This document shows, in pieces, positions 1 to 13,199 of a DNA stretch of 64,000 bases. The stretch is from Octopus vulgaris (taxonomy: Eukaryota), in the NCBI GenBank assembly GCA_951406725.2, contig OX597814.1, forward strand, positions 197,656,001-197,720,000, in the 5' to 3' direction. The translations under genes were made by a program, and so were the position numbers. Within the stretch, counting starts at the first letter, position 1. Each line of letters starts with the position of its first letter. The notes beneath the pieces were generated by a model. It was not told where the DNA came from, searched no databases, and was given only the letters and a program-made list of their open reading frames with translations.

Positions 1-69
1 CTCTTTTGCCGAACCGCTAAGTTACGGGAATGTAAACACACCAACATCGGTTTGAGTGGACACACACAA

Positions 70-107
<38 letters not shown>

Positions 108-939
108 TATTCAAAGAATTTCCAACTTTGTTTTTTATGTTTTATTTATATTCTTTATAATATTAATGTAGAATATAGAATATATAGTATAAAGCGTATA
201 TATAGTAAAATGAAATGAAGTATTGATTGTTATATATATATATGACGGGCTTTGTTCGGCCCGAGGCTATATAGAAGGCACTTGCCTACAGGTAATCAAC
301 AGAATCGGTTTCAATTAATGTATATCCAAACCGATGGTATATTCACGATTATCTCTCCTGTCCCCATTTCGCACGCGTGCACACACACACAAAGATCGTC
401 AACCGGTGTATTTAAGCAGTTCAGTTATGTTTTCGGTGTCTCTTTTCTCTATAGTTTAAGGAAACAGCTTCAGTATTTCTGGACTAACAAGTGATCCTGT
501 ATGTGGTCGATTGATCGGCTAGAAATAATAGTCGAATCCCTCTCAAAACGCACTCGTCTTAAATAAAAAATTATTATTTGCATAATATTTGAGAAAAGTT
601 GGTATGATCATGGCAGGAATGCTCTTAACCATAGACCTAATTTGATCAAGGCTCACCTGGAATAAACACGCCATCAACAACGTAAACGAACGACAACAAC
701 GCAGATGAAGGGAAGTGGAGAGTTTGTCCATAACGGGTCCCTGTGTAAATATTTCTCTCTGGAACTGAAGTGGTTAGATCTCATAAGCCAGGTGAATATC
801 TCTACTCGATTGCTTGCCCTGTTAGCAGTCGCAGCTGAATCTACATCTGAGTAGATGTGTCGTACGGTGACCTCAAGTCGACCATAGTTTTCGAATGAAC
901 CTCAGTGAAATCTTCTCGCAATTTCCATTCCTCTTCATT

Positions 940-1250
940 CCTAGATAGACTTAGTTACCTGTCTAAGGATAACTTACCTCCCTCAGCCGCCAGGGTTTCA
1001 AAATGGCTGAAGAAGCTGTGCTTTTCCTTCTAGCAATGGCATTAGAAAGTACACATACACTCTATCGTCCTAAATAATAGATGCACATTGCAATCGGTGG
1101 TCACAACTGGAACGCTTTTGTCTAACTGCTTGGTCATGGCTGACTGAAGCTAAATAACAGCAACAATGACGAGTACAACATCTCGGTCTAATAAGATGAC
1201 GGACATCTGCGAAGGATCCTAGGACAAAGATATGTATCTCCGAATGGGGA
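940..1250 (+). mobile_element. highly decayed RTE-like LINE RT fragment
   Basis: Broken frames give VVTTGTLLSNC and DDGHLRRILG, resembling RTE LLYGCETW and FDxxCLRRILG motifs. Confidence 0.35.
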
Positions 1251-1569
1251 TATTTATATGAGTGTGTATATAGAAATAGCAAGAGAGAGAGAGGAGAGAG
1301 AGAGAAAGAGAGAGATATATATAAAGTGAGAGAGGGGGAGATTAAGAAAGACACAGAAAGTGAGAAATATATATGATTATGGTTTTTCCCATCTGAATGA
1401 CTTTGCCAAGGATAGAACAGAACGGAAACAGGTTTATGGAGTCAATTTGCATTTCTGCATCATAATGTATGGAAACCTATAGGTTTCAAAAAATATCTAT
1501 GAAAAACCAACATGATCAAACGAACAAATGTACCGAAATTGAAATTGAATATTTATGTATTTTTTTCAA

Positions 1570-2090
1570 ATACTTTCATGTGTGTATATATATATGTATA
1601 GAATTTTGTATAATGCATGATTTGTGTGTGTGTGTGTGTGTATTTAATTATGCACATATAAATGCATATTTATATGTATACACGTGTATATGTTTATACA
1701 TCAAAATATATGTGTATGTATGTGTATATATATATGTGTGTGTGTGTATTGATATACATATATATGTATATAAATATGTGTCTGTGTATAGTTATATATG
1801 TATATATGCATATAAATGTGTATATATGTATATAAATATAGATTTATATATGTATATAAATATAGATTTATATATGTATATAAATATAGGTGTATATATG
1901 TGTATAAATATAGGTGTATATATGTGTATAAATATAGGTGTATATATGTGTATAAATATATATAAATATATGTATGCATATATAAATATATGCACGAATA
2001 TATAAATATATGTATGTATATATAAATATATGCACGAATATATAAATATATGTATATATAAATATATGTATGAATTTATAAATATATGTA

Positions 2091-2124
<34 letters not shown>

Positions 2125-2247
2125 TGTGTGTGTATGCGTATAATCATAAATGTACGTTTTTATATGTGCATTTATATATGCATATATTCACATATATACC
2201 CTTGAGTATATGTATGGATATGAAAGTATATAATGTGTGCATAAATG

Positions 2248-2302
<55 letters not shown>

Positions 2303-2335
2303 TTATATATATGTATTGTATGTATTGTATGTACA
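1570..2335. repeat. TA/TG-rich low-complexity and minisatellite tract
   Basis: (TA)n and (TG)n runs plus 24-bp units like TATAAATATAGGTGTATATATGTG. Confidence 0.95.
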
Positions 2336-2894
2336 GAAATAAACAAGTTGAACAAATAGAAAACGTATTAATACTTTTAAATTATTCTTGTCTGTCATGA
2401 ATTTTTCACCGTGATAATTGCGATTATAAAAACATTCTTGATAACATAATTCTATTATTATTCATTATTAATATTCGCATTGCTCTTTTCCTTTACATAC
2501 ATCGTCATGTTTTTTTGTCTCCAGGTACACCACATACATTCATATAACGATTACAGCCTTCACATATCTTTCTATCAATATCACATACACGCACTTATAT
2601 ATACAAATACGCACGCTTATGTGTGTATTTTTGCATGGATGTTTGTACGCATATCTCCCTCTATGTTTGTGCTTGTGTATGTATATATATTAGCATATGT
2701 ATCTGTATTATATTCCGATGGCTTTCATTAAGTTAGTAATCCTATTAAAGAAAATTCGCAACAGCGAATATGTGACGTGAAATATGACTGTATGTCTATA
2801 TTTATGTGTGTGTGTAGAAGGTTCCTTTCGGGAGCGGTAGATCTCGAACTAGATAAAGCTATAAATAGTAGGTTGTAAATATTTGGTTAGTCTG

Positions 2895-3273
2895 TTACTT
2901 GTTTCAGTCATTTGATTGCGGCCATGCAGGAGCACCGCCTTTAGTCGAAAGCAAATCGACCCCAGGACTTATTCTTTGGAAGCCTAGTACTTATTCTATC
3001 GGTCTCTTTTGCCGAACCACTAAGTGACGAGGACGTAAACACACCAGCACCGGTTGTCAAGCGATGTTGGAGGAGGACAAACACAGACACATAAACATAC
3101 ATATATATATATGGCGGGCTTCTTTCAGTTTCCGTGTACCAAATCCACTCACAAGGCTTTGGTCGGCCCGATGCTACAAGAAGACACTTTGCCAAGGTGC
3201 CACGCGGTGGGACTGAACCCGGAACCATGTGGTTGTTAAGCAAGCTACTTACCACACAGCCACTCCTACACCT
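2895..3273 (-). mobile_element. SINE family A, full length (tRNA-derived head, CORE-like box, internal microsatellite)
   Basis: Head GGAGTGGCTGTGTGGTAAG (A box) and GGTTCAGTCCC (B box), CACCTTGGCAAAGTGTCTT box, tail ATGACTGAAACAAGTAA; about 25 related copies or fragments in the window. Confidence 0.9.
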
Positions 3274-3366
3274 AAAAACAGTCTGGATAGAAAAAGTCGA
3301 AGAGTGCACCTGGGACTCGAAACCCGAACATCCCTATCACCTGTAAACATGACATTGACAATATAT

Positions 3367-3403
<37 letters not shown>

Positions 3404-3689
3404 CGAACAAAATCAGCGTGACACAATGCGTGACAATGATGTAGCTTTTTATTTACAAGTGCAATCCATCCAAGGGGCTTTTATACAGTTTCTGTTTACC
3501 CAATTTCTCTCAGAGGATGTGAAAGAACCGAGGGTATAGAAAATAGTATATGACTAAGGTGTTTAGCGGCAGAATCGAACACTGGACTTCGTGCTTGCGA
3601 AGCGAACTGTTTAACAATTTGACCATGCTTCGGTTGCAAAAAATGTGTTGGGGGTGTATTCTTATACATCCAAGCAGACAATATTGGTT

Positions 3690-3886
3690 ACCAGTTTTAG
3701 CACAGGACCAGCAATTACGGGGAAGGAGGTAATATCGATTACATAGATCCCAGTGTTCAGCTGGTACTTGCTTTATCGACCCCGAAACGATGAAAGGCAA
3801 ACTCGACCTCGGTGGTATTCGAACTCAGAGCGGACATGCCGGCAAGCATTTTGTCTGGCATTCTAACGGTTCTGCCAACTCGCCAC
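3690..3886 (-). mobile_element. SINE family B, diverged copy
   Basis: Contains CTGGTACTT..ATCGACCCCGAAA.GATGAAAGGCAAA.TCGACCTCGG, matching other B copies. Confidence 0.85.
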
Positions 3887-4397
3887 GTTACACATGCATA
3901 TAATATTGTTCAGAATGACACTGGTATATATATTTAATCGATGTATGGAATACAATATTGAAATAGCCTTTGTATTGTCATTAGATGGTCTAATATTCTA
4001 AGAATGAAAATGCTTGAAAATAGTGACTCGGCAGAAAACTATGAGGCCCATTGCTTGCCTAGACTAGGTGTACAAATATTTCCACAAACTTTCTGAACGA
4101 TCTATTCTAAGACCATTTAAAGTCCAACAAGACATTGGAACAGAACGTAGATGAAAAGATGGGATTGCAGGAATGTGTCAAACAGTTCATGCAGCTCTGC
4201 TTTATAAAGTACGATTACTACTTTAAAAACCTTATGACAGTATGGCTCAATTAAAGAAAGTCATTCGATTCTGTTTCCCGCTTAAAGCTGCCGAAGTCAC
4301 CGCACTTGGCAACATCACATACTGTCTTAAACCCCAAAAAGTCACGATCAACCAATCCTCACATTTGTAAGTGAAATTCAAACAACTGTCTTGAATG

Positions 4398-4603
4398 TTT
4401 TACTTGTTTCAGTCATGTGACTGTGGCTATGCTGGAGCACCGCCTTTGGTCGAGCAAATCTACCCCATGACTTATTCTTTATAAGCCTGGTACTTATTAT
4501 GTCGGTCTCTTTTGCCGAACCACTAAGTTGTGGTGACGTAAACACACCAGCATAGGTTGTCAAGCGATGTTGGGGGGACAAACACAGACACACAAACATA
4601 TAC

Positions 4604-4655
<52 letters not shown>

Positions 4656-4819
4656 GACGGATTTCTTCCAGTTTCCGTCTACCAAATCCACTCACAAGGC
4701 TTTGGTCGGTCCGAGGCTATAGTAGAAGACACTTGCCCAAGGTGCCACGCAGTGGGACTGAACCCGGAACCATGTGGTTCGTAAGCAAGCTATTTACTAC
4801 ACAACCACTCCTACGCCTA
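4398..4819 (-). mobile_element. SINE family A, full length
   Basis: Same head, core and tail as 2895-3273 with a (TA)n expansion; inserted in the R4-like LINE. Confidence 0.9.
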
Positions 4820-5594
4820 CGTTATGTATATATTCCAAGAAAACCGTCTGCATATTTTGACTTTGCATTTTTCTAGGTTGTGTTATAACTTACAACAGCA
4901 AACGTAGTCTATAATTTCTTTGCAGAGAATCAAATGATCTGCTAAATTTAGTAACATTTTCACCTGATATAGGACTGGGATTTAGCCAAAAGAAATGTTC
5001 AGTTCGATAGTTGAATGCATAAAATCTATTTTTCCGTACACAATACTTTTACACAAACGGTCACTCTCGTGTACTATACAAAGAGAGCTACATATTCCAA
5101 GCTATTGCTGAAAATATATCATAAAAAGTTTCTGATAATAAAAATTGCACCTGACTTTTAAGAAGTATGGCAGCTAGAACTTTCCTAATACAAAGCAATA
5201 CTCTACGGTTTCTGTTAAGTACAGATGCCAACATCTAGAATGGAAATCTACTTCATAGATTTCAAAACTTACAGAATTCTGAATTTAACTGGATAGTTCC
5301 GCAAACAACAGTGGTATTGACAGGTTCTGTCTCAGAAGAAAAGAAGAAAAATAAGAGGTCATTAATGACACGCTTTGCGTATGGTTATTTATCAGATAGT
5401 ATTCGCTAAAAATAAATACATCGACCAAGTCTTCGAAACTGAAAAGCGCAGCATTCTATTGGTCAATAGTGAACTCATCAAGTACTCAATTCTTGATAAG
5501 CGCCACCTCCTCTTTAAAAAATGACCTGGAAGAAAGACACTGCGCACCAAACGAAGTTATGAGTATGTCTCTAGTAAACTTGGAGATGATGCTA

Positions 5595-5812
5595 GGCGAG
5601 CTGGCAGAATCGTTAGCATGCTGGGCGAAATGCTTAGCGGTATTTCGTCTGCCGTTACGTTCTGAGTCCAAATTCCGCCGAGGTCGACTTTTCCTTTCAT
5701 CCTTCTGGGGTCGATAAATAAGTACCAGTTACGCACTGGGGTCTATGTAATCGACTTAATCCCTTTGTTTGTCCCCTCGGTGTTTAGCCCGCTGTGGGCA
5801 AAAAAGAAATAA
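5595..5812 (+). mobile_element. SINE family B (tRNA-like head, Meta-SINE-like central box, tail 1)
   Basis: GGCGAGCTGGCAGAATCGTTAG head, GAGT(T/C)CAAATTCC B box, CCTTTCATCCTT..GGGGTCGATAAATAAGTACCAG box, tail ending AAAGAAATA. The Meta-domain resemblance is from recall. Confidence 0.88.
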
Positions 5813-6076
5813 AAATATTAACATGTCCTTTACACTTCCTCACATTTCAAAGATTATTCTTTTATGTGACCCAAATGCGAAAGTTAGCTACAAAGTACCT
5901 CATGAATAAAAGAGACAGTGAAGTTTTTAACCCCACAAGGTGCAACCACAAATTTCCATATGTAATATCTTCAATAGAAATCTTGCATTTCTGTGGAAGA
6001 TCTTCCACGTATGTTCTGAAGCTGCACAAAAATGTCATAAAAGTTATGTTGCTATTGTTAGCACAGTATACAATAC

Positions 6077-6306
6077 CTATTTTTTTACTAGCCACAAGGG
6101 GCTAAACACAGAGAGAACAAACAAGGACAGACGGATTAAGTCGATTACATCGATACCAGTGCGTAACTGGTGCTTAATTTATCGACCCCGAAAGGATAAA
6201 AGACAAAGACGACCTCGGCAGAATTTGGACTCAGAACGTAACGGCAGACGAAATACGGCTACGCATTTCGCCCGGCGTGCTAACGTTTCTGTCATCTCGC
6301 CGCCTT
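6077..6306 (-). mobile_element. SINE family B with 11-bp TSD
   Basis: Full copy; GTATACAATAC duplicated at 6066-6076 and 6311-6321. Confidence 0.9.
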
Positions 6307-6454
6307 TATGGTATACAATACTATCTGTATGAAATACTATCCTGGGACAAATATAGATTACGGCACTGATATTGAGTACAGACATAGGTTTTAACATAAG
6401 GAATATTGGTGGATCCTTGCCAACGAATTTTCCATCATGTACAAACACGTTTGA

Positions 6455-6895
6455 TAACTTAGATATGTTTCGGCCAAAGATTGGTGCAGATCCTCGTGAT
6501 AGGATCGACCTGTTAAGTCATTTGTAAGTCAAGGTTTGTGTTATCATGGCCCATTCAACTAGGGAATTGTTGGTGACTGAGATGTATCCAGGTACAGCTG
6601 GCTTATCTGGTATCTCTTGAAGAAATTTGCCCAGGTTTCGTCTGAAGATGAAATCTTTTTTCTTCTTTGAATTGTTTTGGGACAATGCTAAATAGGGCAG
6701 GACCTGCTGAGGAAAAGAAACTGTGCTACAGTGAATTTATATGTTGTGAGCCTAAATTGTGTAGGGAACGTATGGCACGTGTCTCCCAGCCTTGGATAAA
6801 TTCTGAAACTAATTTTAAGGTCGTTTGGGCACTGCTGGTGGTATATTCTCCACATTGTGCAAATGATGTAGCACTCACGGCGGCGCCAGTCAAAT
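6455..6895 (-). mobile_element. CR1-group LINE 3' end fragment
   Basis: Minus strand reads RRRECYIICTMWRIYHQQCPND..PRLG and SFFSSAGPALFSIVP..LGKFLQEIPDKPAVPGY..NSLVEW, typical of the CR1 ORF2 C-terminus. Confidence 0.8.
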
Positions 6896-8004
6896 AATGT
6901 GCTGTCATTTTATGTATCTACTCTCATGCATATACTTGCATATCGTGACATGCTCATGGATGATAACAGTATCCCTGCAGATGATAATATTTTCTCAAAT
7001 TCAATGAAAATGAGAATATTTATGGTCAACTGCTTTAAATGCGCAGCATGTTAACCAAATCAGAATTCACATTTGTGCCTATGATTATTAATACATTCGG
7101 CCGTTTTAGTAAGGATAGGTACGTGACATTCTCGAAAAACTAGTGTTTTCTAGCAAAGAAAGTGATCAGCTGATACGCATTTTACAAATCGAGTCTATAA
7201 GTGGAACAACAGAAATATGCAAGCATTGTTTAAATTTCACACTTTGACAGCTCATTGGTTTTGCTTTTTAAATTCCTGTGATGGAGCTCTATTTCTTTGT
7301 TACAACGTAGCCCTTTCCTTAAACGAAATATCCAAATGACTAAAAAATATATGAATAAATACGTACATAAATTAACTATATAAAAGGGAAGATGACGAAC
7401 GTGCATAAAATAAAGTAGGATGGGTACAGGATTGGAGAGAGGGATATATGTAGTACAATCTGACATATACCTCCCTCTGATGTAGATGGAAAATCCTAGC
7501 ATACATAACAAGAAATTAAAGCATTTCAATGAGAAATTTGTGTGTGGCTGTTTGAAACTAAAATCATGAACGACAGGGCGAAGATAGCATAATAATGCTT
7601 GGCATGTCATACTGACATGCTTTCACAGCTCCATTTGAAGGTTAACACTATGTAATCCAAGAAACTTTATCAAGTACCTTCAAGAGAAGATAGAGAAAAA
7701 AAATCATCAGTTGACAACAAATGCAAGACGTGGGAAATCTAAACAGAAGACAGAGCCGCATCCTTACCAATTGGGAGAAATCGCCGACAAGATGCTACGT
7801 TGCCATAAGACACGCTTATCGTAAACAGGGAAATCTGGAATAGAATAAGGAATAAGATTTGATATGAAACAAAATGGTTCAAGTCCTTCAAACCTTGCCA
7901 CATAGTAGATATGTTAAAATTTGCTTGAAATTTTCAGTCCAGAAGAGAAGCGCCATACACGCGCGCACAGAAACACACGAAATCATACATACATACATAC
8001 ATAA

Positions 8005-8300
8005 CTGGTACTCCGTCGGTTACGACAACGAGTACCCCAGCTGATACGATCAACCGAACAGCCTGCTCATGATATTTATGTGCAAGTGGCTGCACGGTCA
8101 CGCGTACCTTTAACGCGATTCTCAAGAAGATTCAGTGTGAGAGACAATGTTACAAGAGTGGCCCTTTGAATTACGGGTACTCTTCATTTTTACCAGCTGA
8201 GTGGACTAGAGCAAGATGAAATAAAGTGTCTTGCTCAAGGATACAACACACCACTGGGAATCGAACTCACAACCTTACGATCATCAGCCGAATACTTTAA
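8005..8300 (-). mobile_element. SINE family C (tRNA head + CORE-like TCCTTGAGCAAGACACTT box + tail Y)
   Basis: B box GAGTTCGATTCCC; tail matches 23295-23475, 14220-14400, 24350-24462 and 58855-59085. Confidence 0.8.
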
Positions 8301-8344
8301 CTTCTACATACATATATACGACTCGTACCTCGTACATACATACA

Positions 8345-8650
8345 TTGCCTAAATACCAATTTTGAGAAATTTAGACTTCTCAAAGCCAGAAAGAAGAAGA
8401 CTACAGATCCAATCCATCATTGGAACTGTAAAGATCTGTAAAACTTTATAATTTAAATCTATATTAGCATGTCTAGATATGCAAGTATATGCATGAGATT
8501 AAATACATAAAACAAGACATACATACAAACAAACAAACAAAAATATCCTGCTGCTGTTGTTGAAATTCCGGTGAAGGAGCGTTGGATCTAGGTTAGAAAC
8601 CGGTTCTTTCTCTATTGGCAAGAAATCTTGAAATAAAACTGAATAATAAT
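8345..8650 (+). mobile_element. R4/Dong-type LINE extreme 3' end with UTR and (AAT) tail
   Basis: LQIQSIIGTVKICKTL matches LQMQSMSGTVKICKTF at 22403-22450; UTR resembles 9620-9670. Confidence 0.7.
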
Positions 8651-8939
8651 ATGCATACATATGTATACATCATATTTTACAAATATGAATTAACCGAACC
8701 TGAAGAGAAAAAGCATCATATGGTTTGTAAAGCTCAAGAATTACTTAGTTACCACCGACTCAATCCCCATGATTTACTAGAAATTCTTAATAAATAGACC
8801 TTGACAGTCGCCTGAACGATAAACACTCTGCCCACTTCACAAATAAATGCGATTATTCCTGTAAATTTGTGGATCATGCTTATATCGACAGGAAGTGTAG
8901 CCAGTCTTAGATTCGTGACCGTACATCAGGTCACACATT

Positions 8940-9670
8940 TTGAAGTTTATAGTTTATAGTTTTAGCGATACAAGAGCAAAGGAGCGATTCAAATTATCAA
9001 CTGAACAAAAGAAACAACGACCTCTTAAAGCCTCAGGACGCAAACAAAAATATCGATTTTGTCATATTTCAGTGGAAAATATGACTCACGTGTTCAGCAG
9101 TTGCCTCAGAATTGTCATTAAGGTAATACCTTCCAATTCAACAGGATGCTGTTACTAAAACAATATACAATGATATCAGTAGAAAAGGTTGCCTTGAGAT
9201 AAATGTAGAAAATATTTCTGATGTTCGGTATGTATATATGTGTGTGTTTCGCCACAAGGAATAGTAATGGAATATTCCCATCAAAACTTACACCAAATAA
9301 AAATATAACAGGCCTGATATTATTGTTGGAGATGGAAAAGACTAAATGATGTACAGCTATAGAGACCAGCTGCTCTGCGTCTATGAACATTTATTTGAAA
9401 ATCAATGGTAAAGGAAATATTTATGGACAACTTTGAAGCCTACAGTTACTGATACACTTAACTGTCTTCGTAAATGGTTAAGTTGTAATCTCGAAAAGCT
9501 GGAATTTTCAAAGGAAAACAAAAAAAGTGATCAGCTAAAATGTACTTTTCAAATATATACATATTATAAAAGGAATTGTAAAATTATGCAATGTTTTTAT
9601 TTAATTCAAAATTTAACTTGTTGTTGTTAAATTCCAGCAAAGTAGCTGGATTGCTTGTTGAGAAACAAAC
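8940..9670 (+). mobile_element. decayed R4/Dong-type LINE RLE region
   Basis: KYRFCHISVENMTHVFSSC zinc-knuckle remnant and CNLEKLEFSKE C-terminal remnant. Confidence 0.65.
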
Positions 9671-11890
9671 ATTTATGTAGAGGAGGAGTTCAAATAATCA
9701 AGAAATGTTTATACATTTATACATACATATATGCATACATATAGAGACAGGTGTATAGATAGAGACAGACAGACAGACAGAGATGGTGTATTGAGTGTGT
9801 TGGCCTACCTTGTGCCCGATAATCCATAAGGTCGGAACTTATCCGGGTTTCCACGATGAATAAATGACTGAGATTAGAACACTCATCTTTTTGTCAACGT
9901 GAAATAAAGTGTTTTGCTCAAGAGCACAATGCATTGCCCGGTGCAGGGATTGAAACCACACTTTTACGATCATGAATGTAACACCATAACCACTAAGCCA
10001 CGGGCCTCTAAAGACATTCTTTAAATACTCCAGTCCACATTAAGAAAGAACGAAATCATTGCAATACAGTTCATTTGATGGCTGCTTTCTCTGTTCTTTT
10101 CTTGAGAGTTTTCTGATTGTCGTGTCATGGTAATTAGATCTTGGCTAAATACACGACATATTACAGTAAACACCCCGCACTTTAAACTTAATGAAACACA
10201 AGTATTTAACTAACGAGTCTTCGACCTGTCAGGGGAAGAGGCGTTGTGTGAGTTCGTGTGATATTTACTTAAGTACAACACGCTCTTGGATATAAGATGA
10301 CTCCAAAGTACAGCCATTTTTATGTTTAGTTTTGTGTTTAGAAACCAACTTAATACATTAAAACTAGCTTCATTGTCGCTCTTGTTCATTAAATTTTGTT
10401 TAAATACTATTGAGCAAAAGCTGTACTGCATTTACAAAACAAAGACACACTCAAATGGTTCATAAAATAAGTCTGTCACTTAAAATCCATCTAAACTGAT
10501 TAATTAATCTCATTGTCGAAATAGCTCTAACCAACTCCATTATCTTTGATTTAGATTTTCATCAGCGCCATCCTCCCAATTTCCCCATTTAAAAATGCAG
10601 AGATATTATACTTGAAACCTGATCGTTCCACAGCAGGTTATCTTCTGTTCCTTCTGCTTCGAATGAATGAATATTTCTATTCTCATGGCTGAAGGTTTGC
10701 GGCCTCGGACACAAATAAAATCATCTATTTGTTGTTTCTTCTAGCCCTCTTTTGCATGGATACGGTCTGTGATCCTCAAATCAATTTTCTGCTAGGGTTG
10801 ACACCCTTAGCTTCAACTCTTCACAGGAATTCATGAGTTGTTGGGGTTTATGTCCATATCTGTCCTTCTTGTTAGACTGCCTCTCAAGGTTGCCGTACCC
10901 AGAAAGCTCGCAGAGCTGTACCTCATTTGTAACTGTGGAAAGTGTAGCGCCCTCTCCTAGAAACCCCCTTTAACTAAAGCTGAGTATGCCCCTACCCCCA
11001 GTACCTAACAGCACGCACAGCACAAATCCGGAATTTTTAAGTCTCAGCGACATCATTAAACAGTCGTTGATCCTCCTTTCTGTTCATTTGGCAAGCACTG
11101 CTTTTGTTCTACTCGGATTTTAGACATTCTCTTAAACAAGCAAGCCAGGCTCCGTCACCAACGATGCAAAAGGTTGTACCGGACTACAAACAAGTTAGCA
11201 GTAGCAATTGCGATGCTAATTCACTAAAAATCTCTTGGAGAATATTTGTTCAAGAAAAGCATTCCTGGCTACATCAAACCAGTAGAAAATATTGACATAT
11301 TGAGATTATTGTCTAATACGCTTTTATCTTTTTATTTCTACTTCATCAAATAATATCCAGGATAACTAGTATTAATATTATAAGTCCTTAAGCTTAATAT
11401 TTCCCTGCAAGAGCACTATATCATTTCATATATAAACTTTTGATATAAATATGTACACTGTAGCCTGTTTAGTTCACTACTAGCTCATGTCAGTAATGTA
11501 ACTTAACTTTCAGTTTCATTTTCACCGCTATATTTTCAATCACGCAATCACTTTATAAACAATAGACTACCACCGTGCTAACAGAATTAAAAATTGCCAT
11601 TGGATGTATTTTCTACGCATACAATGTTTTATTGCCTCGGGCAATGAGATGTATAACTTAGACGTTCGATGTCTCAAGGCTACCACCATTATTATTTTCG
11701 TGTTCATAAGTTTGCTTTTGTGTTCGTTTATTTAGTTGTTGCACTTGATATTTTTATATTGAATTTCTCTAAGTACACACAAGTAAATACAGTATATTTG
11801 CCATGACTTGGTAAACTTTCTTTCAATTACTTTTATCATCATATATTTGTTTTGCAAGATTTTTGATGTGAAATCGTGTGTTGAAACAGG

Positions 11891-12133
11891 TATTGTTGCA
11901 TTTAGGAATGGTCATTTTGCCAGTTTAGCCAATAAAAACAGACGCACTATATATTTGGTGTTACTTTGCTTCAGTGATGAGGTCACAGGAGTGTGACGAA
12001 AGAACTCTGGCCGAAATAAGATTAAGATTAATGTAAAAAATAAACAACACTGAAGCAAAGTAACACCAAATATATAGTGAGTGTGTTTTTATTGGCTAAA
12101 CTGTCAAAATAACCATTCCTAAATACAACAATA
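11891..12133. repeat. 86-bp inverted repeat enclosing a hammerhead-like core (Penelope-like remnant)
   Basis: Arms 11891-11976 and 12048-12133 match 81/86 by eye; spacer begins with TGATGA-G-GTCACA-GGAG-TGTGAC-GAAA. Confidence 0.8.
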
Positions 12134-12164
12134 TTTTTATCATCATCATTATTATTATTATTCT

Positions 12165-13198
12165 TTTGTTGGATCTCCTGGAGTCTTGCATCTGGAGCGG
12201 GCTTACTACCTGCAGCCTACGGTACCACACTATCTGTTCTTTTGAATTATCTAGTACTCTCCTTTGTTGTTGTTTTGTTATTATTATTATTGTTACTGTT
12301 GTTGTTATTCTCTTAACTTCTCTTGATTTATACATGTCATGTCTCAGCTCCTCTCCGCAGCTTAGAGACACAACAGTTTCCTCAACACATGGGCTGTTCC
12401 AAGTATTGATGCCAACTGAATACTTCCTTTGAAGTTTGGCACTTGCAGCTTTTGATACTAATATGCTGCTCTCTTTGAGATGGTCCCAAATGCACCGATC
12501 AAGACTCACTTTTTCCCTTCCAATCCTGAATCTTGACACTTCCCGACTTTCTCGTCTTCTGTCTTTACAATGTTTTGGTCCGCAGATATAGCTATGTCAA
12601 TGAAGGGTCATTCTTTGGACTACTCCAGTAGCAGAGTGATATCTGATCGCTTATGTTACAGCTTTTTGTCTGGCTTATATTGGCATATCTCATGTGAATT
12701 TCACCTGATTATTCTCTGCTGCTGACGAAGGTTGATATTCATACCTATTTCCTTACTACCCACAAGGGGCTAAACACAGAGGGGACAAACAAGGACAGAC
12801 AAAACGGATTAAGTCGATTACATCAACCCCAGTGCGTAACTGGTACTTATTTAATCGACCCCGAAAGGATGAAAGGCAAAGTCGCCCTCGGCGGAATTTT
12901 AACTCAGAACGTAAAGACAGACGAAATACCTAATTCTTTATTACCCACAAGGGGCTAAACACAGAGGGGACAAACAAGGACACGCAAAAGGATTAAGTCG
13001 ATTGCATCGACCCCAGTGCGTAACTGGTACTTATTTCATCGACCCCGAAAGGATGAAAGGCAAAGTCGACCTCAGTGGAATTTGAACTCGGCGTAAAGAC
13101 AGACGAAATACTGCTAAGCATTTCGCCCGGGGTGCTAACGTTTCTGCCAGCTCGCCGCTTTATTGATACTCATACCACTTGCTAGAACATTCTAGCCC
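12165..13198 (-). mobile_element. R4/Dong-type LINE RLE fragment split by a SINE B dimer
   Basis: GLECSSKWYEYQ|PSSAAENNQVKF...RSDITLL..FIDIAISADQNIVKTEDEK on the minus strand. Confidence 0.7.
12746..13160 (-). mobile_element. SINE family B tandem dimer (one head, two bodies) with 14-bp TSD
   Basis: Two ~187-bp units; TTGATA(T/C)TCATACC at 12732-12745 and 13163-13176. Confidence 0.92.
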
Positions 13199-13199
13199 A

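Larger units (their letters stand above)
3930..6413 (+). mobile_element. decayed R4/Dong-type (RLE clade) non-LTR retrotransposon interrupted by three SINEs
   Basis: Collinear motifs: RPIACL (~4045), KNLMTVWLN*RKSFDSVS (~4230-4280), FSPDIGL (~4960), IDFKTYRILNLTG..SGIDR (~5260-5325), LATKYLMNKRD (~5885), TVYNTICMKYYP..HKEYWW (6065-6412). Confidence 0.75.

Noticed and set aside
2941-3346. Recurrent ORFs with CHAVGLNPEPCG / PKPCEWIW peptides suggesting a gene family
   Set aside because: They are translations of SINE A copies, in multiple frames and on both strands.
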